DNA from: an archaeon
GTDB lineage: Archaea > Asgardarchaeota > Thorarchaeia > Thorarchaeales > Thorarchaeaceae
DNA: 30,590 nt
Assembly: GCA_024275415.1 (NCBI GenBank)
Contig: JAJRZD010000003.1
Coordinates: 1 to 30,590 of the forward strand
Direction: 5' to 3'
Position 1 is the first letter of the stretch. Each line of letters starts with the position of its first letter. Under the pieces are notes generated by a model that saw only the letters and a list, made by a program, of their open reading frames with translations, had not been told where the DNA came from and did not search any database. The position numbers were made by a program, and so were the translations under genes. Shown one piece after another: positions 1 to 8,895 of this stretch.

Positions 1-662
1 CAGGGATCTCACTCAGATTGATCGGGATGATGTGGTATCGCAAGGACGAGATGAGGGAGAGATATGGCAAACTAGCATTCCAGAAGATGTTCCCCTATGG
101 ACTCACGGGTGTGATCCTTGTCTTCTCACTGTTGGCGCATACAGCCACATCCGTTCGCTCCCTGCCACCATCACCACCAATAAATGACCTCACCATCCTG
201 TGGTCACAGTCCATCTTCCCGCTAATAGGGATCCCGACCGAAGTGGACATCCTCATCAGAATCACGTTGGGCGGCTTCTTTCTGATGCTAGGATTGCTTA
301 CAATACGTGCCGCACTCCTCACCTTCGGTATCGACTACATAACAGTGGTCTATCTCTTTTTTCCAGAGGAGTCGGAAATCCAAGAGCGCGAGATATACTC
401 TGTCATTAGACACCCGACCTATCTTGGTGCGATACTGTTCGGGGTCGCAGCATTCCTGTTTCGGTTCTCGGTCTATTCATTCCTGCTGTGCTGTATCGTC
501 TACCTGCTATTCAAGATTCACATTCGCAGGGAAGAAAGGGAGCTGCTGGAGAGGTTCGGAGAGCCTTTTAGGGAGTACATGGATAGGACAGCGGGGTTAT
601 ACGTGAGCCCGAGGAATATCCCGATATATCTCCGGTTCTTGAAAGGGCCTCAGAGAAACTGA
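1..662 (+). CDS. Isoprenylcysteine carboxyl methyltransferase (ICMT/PEMT)-family membrane methyltransferase, 5'-truncated by window edge
   Basis: Frame is open from the window start. Several TM helices, with the family motif YSVIRHPTYLG followed by EE.EL.ERFG..F.EY near the C-terminus. Confidence 0.8.
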   Translation, partial: GISLRLIGMMWYRKDEMRERYGKLAFQKMFPYGLTGVILVFSLLAHTATSVRSLPPSPPINDLTILWSQSIFPLIGIPTEVDILIRITLGGFFLMLGLLTIRAALLTFGIDYITVVYLFFPEESEIQEREIYSVIRHPTYLGAILFGVAAFLFRFSVYSFLLCCIVYLLFKIHIRREERELLERFGEPFREYMDRTAGLYVSPRNIPIYLRFLKGPQRN

Positions 663-767
663 CAGCATAAACAATATTCACGAGATATTTCGGCAAGCCA
701 CAATGATGACACACGAAAAAGTTAGTGAAAATCGGTTAAATACCTACAATCCAAGCACATACCGGTA

Positions 768-1571
768 ATGAAAATGGACTCGGAATCTGAGAACGTGTTG
801 AAGGCTCTCTCGAGCTCGACACGTCGAACAATCATGAAGCAAATCTCAGAGAAAGGCAGTGCGACCTATACTGAGATCATGCAGGTGTTGGGACTCGATC
901 CATCCCTCATGAGTGGCACCTTCAATTATCACCTGAAGGAACTCAACGAAGCAGGATTGATCGAACGAACCAACGGGGAATACAGAATTTCGGATCTTGG
1001 AAAGCGAGCACTTATCCTCGTCGACCAAGTCGCGAAGGACGCAAAGATTGACAAGTATGGTGTCCTTTCGGCAGTGATGTCGATGCGCCCGACGCAGGAG
1101 TTTTCACTCTTTGTAGGCCAGATGGGGATCATAATCGGGCTCATGCTGACCTTTCTGTCATTCATCCTGTACATGCAGACTTGGGGTGCCGGAACGATTG
1201 ATAGCTGGCTTGTGCTGTTTGCATTCGGCACATCCGTTGTGATCGCAGTGGGAGCAATAGCGAATGTAGTTGCAATAGTAAGGAAGTTCAAGGTGGGATT
1301 CTCCATCCTCCTGTTCCTGTCAACGGACTGGTTCTTCATCAGGTCCCCTAACAGGAACAGGTTCTTCGTGCTGACTCTAGCGATAGTCATAACGTTAATT
1401 GCTGGGATGCTTGCTATTGTTCTCCCGGTGACAGGCACGATGGCTCCATACACGCTTGAGTGGTATGGCTTCTTCGTGTTTGCGGTAGGTTTTGGATTGC
1501 TCTCGACTTGGCTATTCTTTAGCACAATGAACAGAGCAAGAGCATTGGAGGAGATGCATGATGGGCGATAG
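768..1571 (+). CDS. ArsR-like winged-helix domain fused to a C-terminal 4-TM membrane domain (membrane-anchored regulator)
   Basis: N-terminal LKALSSSTRRTIMK...FNYHLKEL.EAGLIER...YRIS.LG wHTH pattern, then four hydrophobic segments. Confidence 0.75.
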   Translation: MKMDSESENVLKALSSSTRRTIMKQISEKGSATYTEIMQVLGLDPSLMSGTFNYHLKELNEAGLIERTNGEYRISDLGKRALILVDQVAKDAKIDKYGVLSAVMSMRPTQEFSLFVGQMGIIIGLMLTFLSFILYMQTWGAGTIDSWLVLFAFGTSVVIAVGAIANVVAIVRKFKVGFSILLFLSTDWFFIRSPNRNRFFVLTLAIVITLIAGMLAIVLPVTGTMAPYTLEWYGFFVFAVGFGLLSTWLFFSTMNRARALEEMHDGR

Positions 1572-1832
1572 TGCTGTGGAGGAGAGTGTTGACCAAGTCT
1601 TGGATCTGCTCTCTAAGCCTCTCAGTCGGTACATACTGTCCGTGCTCGCAGGCATCGATCCTGGTGTGTACAACGAGCCAATTGCTGGAAACGACCCCAC
1701 CCAAGTTGGGGACGATAGGACATCCTGACACGGCATGTTCCAGCAATGAAGCAATATGCCCTTGACTGGTTCAAGGGCCATCTCTTTTTTTGAGGTTGGA
1801 AGCGAAGAGGGGTGTGGTTTGAACCGTCCAAA

Positions 1833-2933
1833 TCATCGGAATATGACTTTCTCAAATGAGGTTCCAATGATCTCCTTTATCTCGGCATCATTCTTCAAGT
1901 CTACAGCCACCGTGCCGTCAGGAGATACTAAGTCTTGATATGACGCAAGCAGATTGTCAGAGAAGACCTGTAGGGCAATAAGGAGTGCAGTATCAGGCTC
2001 ATCGCCAATTCCCAGAAAGACTATGTGCTTCCGCCTCTCGATTGAAACGACCTTGTTCGCATAGTATATTGACTTCAAGCTGGTGATGGAGTCAAGAAGG
2101 TCGTTCATCATGCTCTGGAGGGCTGAGAACAGTGCAGAGAAGAGTGCAGGATCGCTCAACTCTTCTGTATTGAGGTCATAGAGCAGAACCGGATAGCCTG
2201 AGTCCGTCATCACAAGAATCTTCTCGAACTTTCGCTTGGTGAATATGAGATTCAAAGGCCTTCGAGTTGTAAGAACTATCCATACACCCCAACCGGCCGC
2301 AAAGAAGAACGGTCTGATTGTTTGTACGATTGCGATAGATGATATAGAATTGGTTGCAGCCCACAATAAGAGGAATGACGGGACTATCAGCAGGCTGAGG
2401 GACTCGTATTGCACCTTCCTTGTCTTTGCTAGCCTAACTTTGGTCAGGATTGGAAGCAAGAATACAATGATGAAGAGCAAGATGAGTGGCCCTGCTATCA
2501 GGCTCACGACCGAATCGTAGGACGCGATGTATATCTCCACATCTGCGAGATATGAGATGTGGAACCAATCTGGATTAGAGAATGCAAGAAGTGTTGCACC
2601 CCCCATGATTGATGCGATATTGGATCTTGCAGGTAGTCGGTTGTATTGAAAATAGAAGAACGAGTAGAACGTGGTGATTATCCCCAAGATGAGAAAGAAG
2701 TTCATTGCCGCCCATAGAAAATTGGCCTGCTGCACGGGTGCAGCCTGTTCTGTGGCGTTTAATAGTATCCTGCTGAGTGAGCTGAGCATCCATAGGACGA
2801 ATGAGAGCTGCATATAGCCGTGTGACGGGAACCTGTATTTTTGGTAGATCCGCCACATCAGCACTGCACCGCTAACAAAGACCACTTGTTCAAAGAGAAA
2901 CAGGACGAGGGCGACCGTTGAAGGGATTATCAT
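1833..2933 (-). CDS. Multi-pass (~7 TM) membrane protein with a C-terminal cytoplasmic longin/roadblock-like domain
   Basis: About 7 hydrophobic helices in residues 1-225. The C-terminus (ILVMTDSGYPVLLY..., LFSALFSALQSMMNDLL, LKSIYYANKVVSIE, IVFLGIG, LQVFSDNLLASY) has the beta-beta-alpha-beta-beta-beta-alpha pattern of longin-like folds. Fold assignment is inference. Confidence 0.6.
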   Translation of the reverse strand: MIIPSTVALVLFLFEQVVFVSGAVLMWRIYQKYRFPSHGYMQLSFVLWMLSSLSRILLNATEQAAPVQQANFLWAAMNFFLILGIITTFYSFFYFQYNRLPARSNIASIMGGATLLAFSNPDWFHISYLADVEIYIASYDSVVSLIAGPLILLFIIVFLLPILTKVRLAKTRKVQYESLSLLIVPSFLLLWAATNSISSIAIVQTIRPFFFAAGWGVWIVLTTRRPLNLIFTKRKFEKILVMTDSGYPVLLYDLNTEELSDPALFSALFSALQSMMNDLLDSITSLKSIYYANKVVSIERRKHIVFLGIGDEPDTALLIALQVFSDNLLASYQDLVSPDGTVAVDLKNDAEIKEIIGTSFEKVIFR

Positions 2934-3111
2934 GTTTTTTCACCAATGGTTCTCTCTGTTCGGTGTGAATATGAATCTAATTCGGGTGGAGCGATTCAGG
3001 TTTCAATACAGCTTCGTAAAAATCGAAAAAGTCGTACATCTTTTAATCAATCATCTGGGATGTTTCGGAGGTCATTACATGTTAGTTTGTACGACTTGCA
3101 ATGAACGGTAG

Positions 3112-3136
3112 AAAAAGAGGGGAGCACTGGGCTCCC
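3112..3136 (-). terminator. Candidate terminator of the 3170..3937 gene (6-bp GC hairpin followed by a T-run on the minus strand)
   Basis: gggagc-actgg-gctccc stem at 3120-3136; AAAAA at 3112-3116 reads as TTTTT downstream on the minus strand. Confidence 0.35.
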
Positions 3137-3169
3137 ATAATGGTTTGAGATAGGATACACAAACTGAGT

Positions 3170-3937
3170 TCAAGGTGTCAACACAGGAGTGGGCGAAGAG
3201 CGGAGGAGTACGGGTCCACCGCCGCCTCCACCACCGCCTCCTCCGCCACCGCTGGGTGGAGTTCCGTCAAAGGTTACTGTGAAAGTTTCATAGCTGTGGT
3301 ATGCTATTATCCCTCGCATCCATTTACTGTGGATGGTGAATTCTGAAGAGAACGCGGAACCTTCAGTGACTCTGACAAGTAGACTGTATCGTATTGTGTT
3401 CTGTTCGTATTTCGCATCACCCATCATATCGTAATTCCAATAGGTCTGACCACCCCAATCTGCGTCAGTCACAGGAGTGATATCTACATCGGGAATGGAA
3501 ACAGAAGATGACGAGCTAAATGTTGCCACGCCAAGGCTGTTAATGGAAGCTCCAGTACCATAAGAATAGGAATCAGAACTTCGTCCAGGCAGTACATCAA
3601 CCACCATTTGCGATGAAGTGAGCAAATCAACAGTCATACGTCCACTTTCAATCCTGCCAATCCCTGACCCATCTGCGGCATCGGGAGTGTGAGTCACGAT
3701 AATTAGAACCGCATAAAAGTCATAATCGGCAACACTGTTGTCGAGGTAGTCCACCATCCATTCGTAATGCAGCTGACCCAAATTCTTTCCTTTGTTTGTT
3801 ACATAATTGATGACTCTGAACCCGGAATCATCCGGATCTGTCCAGAGGTCATAATCTGTAGCGGCAACAGAGGTCACCTGCACTGCAAGCACACACGTGA
3901 GTAGCAGTAAAACTGCCATCATTTTTTGTGGTTTCAC
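3170..3937 (-). CDS. Secreted beta-rich hypothetical protein with a Gly12/Pro-rich C-terminal tail
   Basis: Signal peptide (MKPQKMMAVLLLLTCVLAVQVTSVAA); Ser/Thr/Asp/Tyr-rich body; 12 consecutive Gly codons. Confidence 0.75.
   Translation of the reverse strand: MKPQKMMAVLLLLTCVLAVQVTSVAATDYDLWTDPDDSGFRVINYVTNKGKNLGQLHYEWMVDYLDNSVADYDFYAVLIIVTHTPDAADGSGIGRIESGRMTVDLLTSSQMVVDVLPGRSSDSYSYGTGASINSLGVATFSSSSSVSIPDVDITPVTDADWGGQTYWNYDMMGDAKYEQNTIRYSLLVRVTEGSAFSSEFTIHSKWMRGIIAYHSYETFTVTFDGTPPSGGGGGGGGGGGGPVLLRSSPTPVLTP
3215..3250 (-). repeat. Low-complexity (GGN)12 poly-glycine tract
   Basis: Minus strand reads ggt ggc gga gga ggc ggt ggt gga ggc ggc ggt gga. Confidence 0.9.
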
Positions 3938-4081
3938 GATTTACATTCCTCTATCGAGTTCTTACACCGTTAGGTGTATTTTATTGTTATATGCATATTG
4001 TTATAAAGCTATCCCTCGTGCTGGGGATGGCGTATGAAATACTTTGAGTTCTAAAACTCTGAAGAGAAAACTTCGGAAAAA

Positions 4082-5278
4082 TTGATTACGGCTCACGAAC
4101 ATATCAAGATGACTTTCATGATTTTATCTGTGCCCATCTTATTGAATGCACACAATGCTACTTTCATCTTTGTGTCAGCCCTGAATACCCCTATCCTGAC
4201 TTTCTTAGCAATTAGGATTTACAGGTTGGATTCCAATTCAAAAGTCAACCAGCTCTTCTCGCTGGCACTAATCATACTGGTAATAACATTCATCCTTTTC
4301 CCACTGGGAGGTGTGTTATGGTATGCTGATATTTTGGGTGTACGAGCAATCTTGGTCACCACCCGCCTGATGCAGTTCTCAAGTTTCCTAAGTATGGTAT
4401 TCTTGGCATGGTGTGCGAGGGTACTATATCTAGGGGAGAACACATGGAGCCATAAGGAGAACTATCTGATAGTGTTCTTAGCTGCAATGGTTTTTATCAT
4501 TGCAATGCTGGATCCTGATTCAGTCTATATTATTTCTGGACCACCGGATTCACAGTTCATTGACACTGGCGAAGGAGTCATTTACAGAGGGGTGTACTAC
4601 CTTGGTACATCCGTATTCATCTTCTCGGCATTAGGCTATTTCGTAAGGACGTATTTTGAGTATAGAAAGGACGACCCCGTGCTAGAAAGGCAGGCACTCC
4701 TTCTTGTGTTCGGACTCCTCGCGGCCCTCGCTTGTTTCTCTGTGGCATTTCTTTCAACATTATTGGTCACGTATGCACTCACGCCAATCATGTTGACATC
4801 AATGACTTTGGGAGTCATCCTTATGTCATTCAGCTTTTCAAAGGAAGCAAGTCTTGATAGGTTCAAGATAACGAGTGGTCTCAGGCGCCTGAAGGTCTTG
4901 CTAAAGAGAGGAAGAACGGGCATAGCCAACGCCCAGATAGAGTTCTTAAAGCACATAATAGATAGACACATTCATCCCGCATTCTATCTCCACATCCTGA
5001 TTCTTGAAGCTAAGATAGGCATGTATCATGGCATTTTGGATAGTGCCCAGTCCTCGCTTGAGATAGCACTCCAGTTCTGTGAAGAGCAAAACCATGAGAG
5101 TTTCAAATGCGACCTGGAAACGGAGATGAATCATCTTAATGTGCTAAAAACGGCAATAAGCTTGGGCAGGGATTTCAAGAGTGTGGAACAAACTGCATTC
5201 CGAGAGCCGAGCTTGCAGGACGTGGTCACATATTTGGATGGTGTGTTGCATGAACATGATAGTGAATGTGTGCCATAG
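4082..5278 (+). CDS. Multi-pass (~7 TM) sensor-like membrane protein with a C-terminal TPR-like helical domain
   Basis: About 7 hydrophobic segments resembling N-terminal 7TM sensor modules. The C-terminal helical repeats (AKIGMYHGILDSAQSSLEIALQFC) are TPR-like. Start may be a downstream ATG. Confidence 0.6.
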   Translation: MITAHEHIKMTFMILSVPILLNAHNATFIFVSALNTPILTFLAIRIYRLDSNSKVNQLFSLALIILVITFILFPLGGVLWYADILGVRAILVTTRLMQFSSFLSMVFLAWCARVLYLGENTWSHKENYLIVFLAAMVFIIAMLDPDSVYIISGPPDSQFIDTGEGVIYRGVYYLGTSVFIFSALGYFVRTYFEYRKDDPVLERQALLLVFGLLAALACFSVAFLSTLLVTYALTPIMLTSMTLGVILMSFSFSKEASLDRFKITSGLRRLKVLLKRGRTGIANAQIEFLKHIIDRHIHPAFYLHILILEAKIGMYHGILDSAQSSLEIALQFCEEQNHESFKCDLETEMNHLNVLKTAISLGRDFKSVEQTAFREPSLQDVVTYLDGVLHEHDSECVP

Positions 5279-5449
5279 TATTCATCGAAACAGGACATTC
5301 GACCGGAACGTGATCCAAGATTTACACGGAAGAAATCGTTCCAATGCCATCTGCAGAATATCCAGAAACTGTTCACCGAGTCCGATTCCTTTTTTTAGTT
5401 CAACTTACCCTGTGAGCTACCAAGGTTATGCGTGAAAGAGTTGGGATAA

Positions 5450-6235
5450 ATGACCACACTAACAGTACATAGCATAAAGGGCGGATCGGGTAAATCATTG
5501 ATTGCCGTCTTAAGCGCCTATGAATTGAGTAAGAAAGGAGAGAAGGTACTGCTTATTGACGGTGACTACAATGCCCCTTGCTTGGATTCGTTTTTCCCAA
5601 CAAAGGGCAATGCAGACCCTTTCACAGCGTATCTAGTTGGGAACACTGAACTCTCCCATGTCATCTCCAAGACCGACTCTGCTAATCTGTTTGTCAGTCA
5701 TGCGCCTACACCAGATTTCCGGCAAGAGATCATGAGGGCTGATGTCCGAACACATGGGATGTATCTGAAACGTATTCTTGAGGGAATGGACATCGCTCAC
5801 AATGAGCTTGGTTTCGACTGGGTCATCTTTGACAACTCCAGCGGCATCTCGCTCCCCGCAATCAATCAACTCTCATGCAGTAATATGAGCGTCATCGTCC
5901 TTCGACCGGTAAGGTATGGAATAGAATCCACCCATACGCATCTCGATACCATTTACAGGAAACTCAGATACGCAGGCGGGTCATCCCCTCGCGAGGACTT
6001 TCTGATATGGAACCAAGTACCAACTACAGATGGACTTGTATCAGACCCTAGAGTCACAGAATACCTTGAACACTGGAATGCCCGATTCGAGGAAGCAGGA
6101 ATAAGATGTGCAGCGACAATACCGTATCTACAGGAAATCGTCATTGCGATGATGGGTCATGGGAGCTTGGAAATACCAAATCTCGCCAAACTTGTGCAAG
6201 AACATCTCAAACCGTTGATAGAACTGCTCCGGTAG
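5450..6235 (+). CDS. MinD/ParA-family ATPase
   Basis: Deviant Walker A KGGSGKS, LLIDGD, and switch region FDWVIFDNSSG. Confidence 0.85.
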   Translation: MTTLTVHSIKGGSGKSLIAVLSAYELSKKGEKVLLIDGDYNAPCLDSFFPTKGNADPFTAYLVGNTELSHVISKTDSANLFVSHAPTPDFRQEIMRADVRTHGMYLKRILEGMDIAHNELGFDWVIFDNSSGISLPAINQLSCSNMSVIVLRPVRYGIESTHTHLDTIYRKLRYAGGSSPREDFLIWNQVPTTDGLVSDPRVTEYLEHWNARFEEAGIRCAATIPYLQEIVIAMMGHGSLEIPNLAKLVQEHLKPLIELLR

Positions 6236-6312
6236 TACATCAGCGGTATCTTTATGACATTATTAGTAAAGCTTCTGAATCTGAATGGGAAGAACTGCTT
6301 GAGAGAACTAAA

Positions 6313-6978
6313 TTGAGTAAGGATTCGATGAACGCACGAGTGATAAAGGCACTTGCAAGGATAGAGAAAAAGCTGGAGAGCATAGAGGGGGCGTTGCATG
6401 GGCTCGATGACCGGCTCTCGGCACTAGAGAGCGGGAAAGGTCTGGGAATCCCGTCTGAGAGCCCATCGATATACTCGCGTGTGCTCATGGGAACCCTTGA
6501 CGCCATCCGCGAATACGAGAAGGAGCACGGTCAAGGGGTCGTAGCGCGCGACCTTGCGAGAATCCGAAATGTGGAACTGCCAACAATCTACGACCATCTA
6601 TCGAAACTCGAAGCGGAGAACCTTGTCATGTGGCAGAGGGGGACGGAGATTGGGCTCAAGCCTTTCAATGCAAAGTTCTATTCAGTGGCACAGAGAGATG
6701 AACTACTCTCAGACCTCCCAGTGCTCATGGCATTGCCTGAAAAGGTCATTCCAATTGCACAAGCGATCATTAAAGAGTCGAAGAAGGGAGTCACGGAAGA
6801 TGCGCTTGTAAGCATTGTCAGGGAATTGAAAGCCAAAGGGGATGCGCAATGGAGGGAGGTTCCAGACTCGGAGCTGGAAGAGGAGGTCGATATTGCCCTC
6901 AAACTACTGCTCAGGCGCGTGCTCATCAGGAGAGAACGCGAGAGAGAACACGACAGGTACTTTCCTATTGAGTCGTGA
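6313..6978 (+). CDS. Coiled-coil plus winged-helix DNA-binding protein
   Basis: The ORF track starts at 6106, but that overlaps the MinD gene; TTG 6313 or ATG 6328 is more plausible. Heptad segment ALARIEKKLESIEGALHGLDDRLSALE, then wHTH (ARDLARIRNVELPTIYDHLSKLEAENLV). Confidence 0.65.
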   Translation: MSKDSMNARVIKALARIEKKLESIEGALHGLDDRLSALESGKGLGIPSESPSIYSRVLMGTLDAIREYEKEHGQGVVARDLARIRNVELPTIYDHLSKLEAENLVMWQRGTEIGLKPFNAKFYSVAQRDELLSDLPVLMALPEKVIPIAQAIIKESKKGVTEDALVSIVRELKAKGDAQWREVPDSELEEEVDIALKLLLRRVLIRREREREHDRYFPIES

Positions 6979-7469
6979 AAAATAGGAACTCGTAATCAAT
7001 GCTCACACATCGGACAAACGGATTCAATCATTTGAGATTTTCCAAAAATGTGACCGATACACAGGTTCTAGTATGAGAAGTTGTTTCGGATTTCATGAGG
7101 AAAAACAATCAATCGTCCCCTAGCTATTTATGACTTCCAGTGCAGACAGATTTAAACAGAAAATCATAGATACTCCAAGGAAGATGGTGAAAGAGGACTT
7201 TTTCCGAAACTCACGGGTAAGCCTCAATATCTCTCGTTCTATAGTAGATACAATTACCTAAAAGGCGGTCAGCAGCTATACAAGGCCTGAGGAATTTGTG
7301 CATCACTTGCTTCATTTGACAATCGTGTAGAGTTGAATTAGTAGAAGCCTTTGGTTTGTTGTATCGTAGAATTCGTGGAAATACGTGAGAGGTACACCTA
7401 CTGAAGCATTGGCGACCACGAAGACGGTATACCACACTATCGAACCTGTATTCACGACAATCGAGGTGT

Positions 7470-8129
7470 CTATTCTTTCGTTCTTAATTTAATATATACA
7501 ATAGTACAAGCAATTAATGGTAACGCAAGACTGACCAAGACGACTGAGTATTGTAATATGTCATTCTGTCCGCTGCCGATTTTGCCTATCTCCAAGAGTA
7601 CATTCTCACCAATATACCCAGTGATCCCGTCGTTATCCTGTATCGCTGCGGGCTCATAGTATTGAGCCTCTGGTATGATGTTCCTTGGGATGTACTGCTC
7701 ATTAATGATGGTATGGTTCGGGAAAAGTAGAAATACACTTCCAGATAGACACACGGGTAGTAGTTCTCTGTTATTGTCCCATTCTCATGTAATGTTCGTA
7801 TGAAGAACTCACCATCAATGAAGGTATAGTTCTTCAACATATCAGTCGTATTGTCCCCTGCTATGATAGCCCGCACACCTGTGAAGCTAGGAGCAGCAGA
7901 CGTATTTATCTTCAATATCACCAACCCTAGCCCAATCGATATCGTCGTGTTGGGTCTTGGGCGTACTTCTAGTGTAAGTACTTTATCGTACCTATCGTAG
8001 TCAGCTTCTGTTATCTGGGTATTGAATGCCCCAAAACTGGAACACTTCCTCAGCAATGAATCCAGCCGAGGATGTCATTGGCATCAACATAATCAAGACT
8101 AATGCAAATAATGTATAGTATGTCCTCAT
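7470..8129 (-). pseudogene. Cell-surface glycoprotein gene split by two compensating single-base frameshifts
   Basis: Signal peptide from ATG 8129 (MRTYYTLFALVLIMLMPMTSSA). Frame switches at A4 runs 8033-8036 and 7723-7726 join ORFs 8001..8183, 7586..8056 and 7470..7754 into one protein with six N-x-S/T sequons and a C-terminal TM anchor plus basic tail. Confidence 0.65.
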
Positions 8130-8378
8130 CGTGTTTTTCTTCAGGCATTTATATTCGTTCTTGAAAGTTCTTGATTTTGTCAACTATAGCCACGATTATG
8201 GCAGTATTATCAATTGCAATTCCCAAAACGGGAGATTTGCTTTTTACAACAGCGCCTAGAACATATTAATTTTGTCCGAGGGAGCTGTGTAGAAAATGAA
8301 GATGGACAACCCCCTCGTAAAAGGTATATATGTGGAATTATAAAGAGTGCATAATGCATTATCGGGAGAAGGAGCTTC

Positions 8379-8885
8379 ATGCAATACAAGTTATTCACAT
8401 ATAATATTAGTAATTTTGACTCAATGCCTAGTACTATGAATTCTGAAATTGCAGGTATAATTCACGAAACTGTGTTGGAGTTAGAACCGAATAGCATTAG
8501 AAGAGATCTATCAAACCAGTTTATGACGGTTTTTGAAGAACACGGGTGGATCGGAGAAACCAACCTTTACTTTGAACCTGCTCGTAGAAGAACGTTGCAT
8601 TATTCGAAGAACCGCATTCATGCATTAGTAAGCTGGAGGCACTATAACATGATTGGAACCGAGCTTTTAAAACTCCAAACGGATTTTGTGGAAAATAGAA
8701 TAGATGCAGGGGTCTATATCTGTATAACTAATGAATTAGCTGAAATGATTAATGAAATATCTGTGAGAGCGGATAGTACAAATCCTTTTGATGGATCAAT
8801 AACTATGGAAAAAGTTTCGGAATACCTACAATGTGTTTCAAAGACAATTACAGTCCCTTTGGCGGTTATGGGGCTTATTCATTGA
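8379..8885 (+). CDS. BglII/BstYI-family restriction endonuclease-like protein, catalytic residues apparently substituted
   Basis: Family pattern F...GW..E, K.RI....., ELLKLQ, NRIDAGVYI, ITMEKV..YL, ITVPLAVMGL. The positions of the usual D and E-x-Q read H and L-x-S. Confidence 0.65.
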   Translation: MQYKLFTYNISNFDSMPSTMNSEIAGIIHETVLELEPNSIRRDLSNQFMTVFEEHGWIGETNLYFEPARRRTLHYSKNRIHALVSWRHYNMIGTELLKLQTDFVENRIDAGVYICITNELAEMINEISVRADSTNPFDGSITMEKVSEYLQCVSKTITVPLAVMGLIH

Positions 8886-8895
8886 TCATAAATAT

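Noticed and set aside
6106-6312. Long N-terminal extension of the wHTH gene given by the ORF track
   Set aside because: It overlaps the MinD/ParA gene by 130 nt and looks non-protein-like; a downstream TTG/ATG is preferred.
6979-7311. tRNA, att site or integrase at the island's left edge
   Set aside because: No cloverleaf, no integrase ORF, and no direct repeat matching the right edge was seen by eye.
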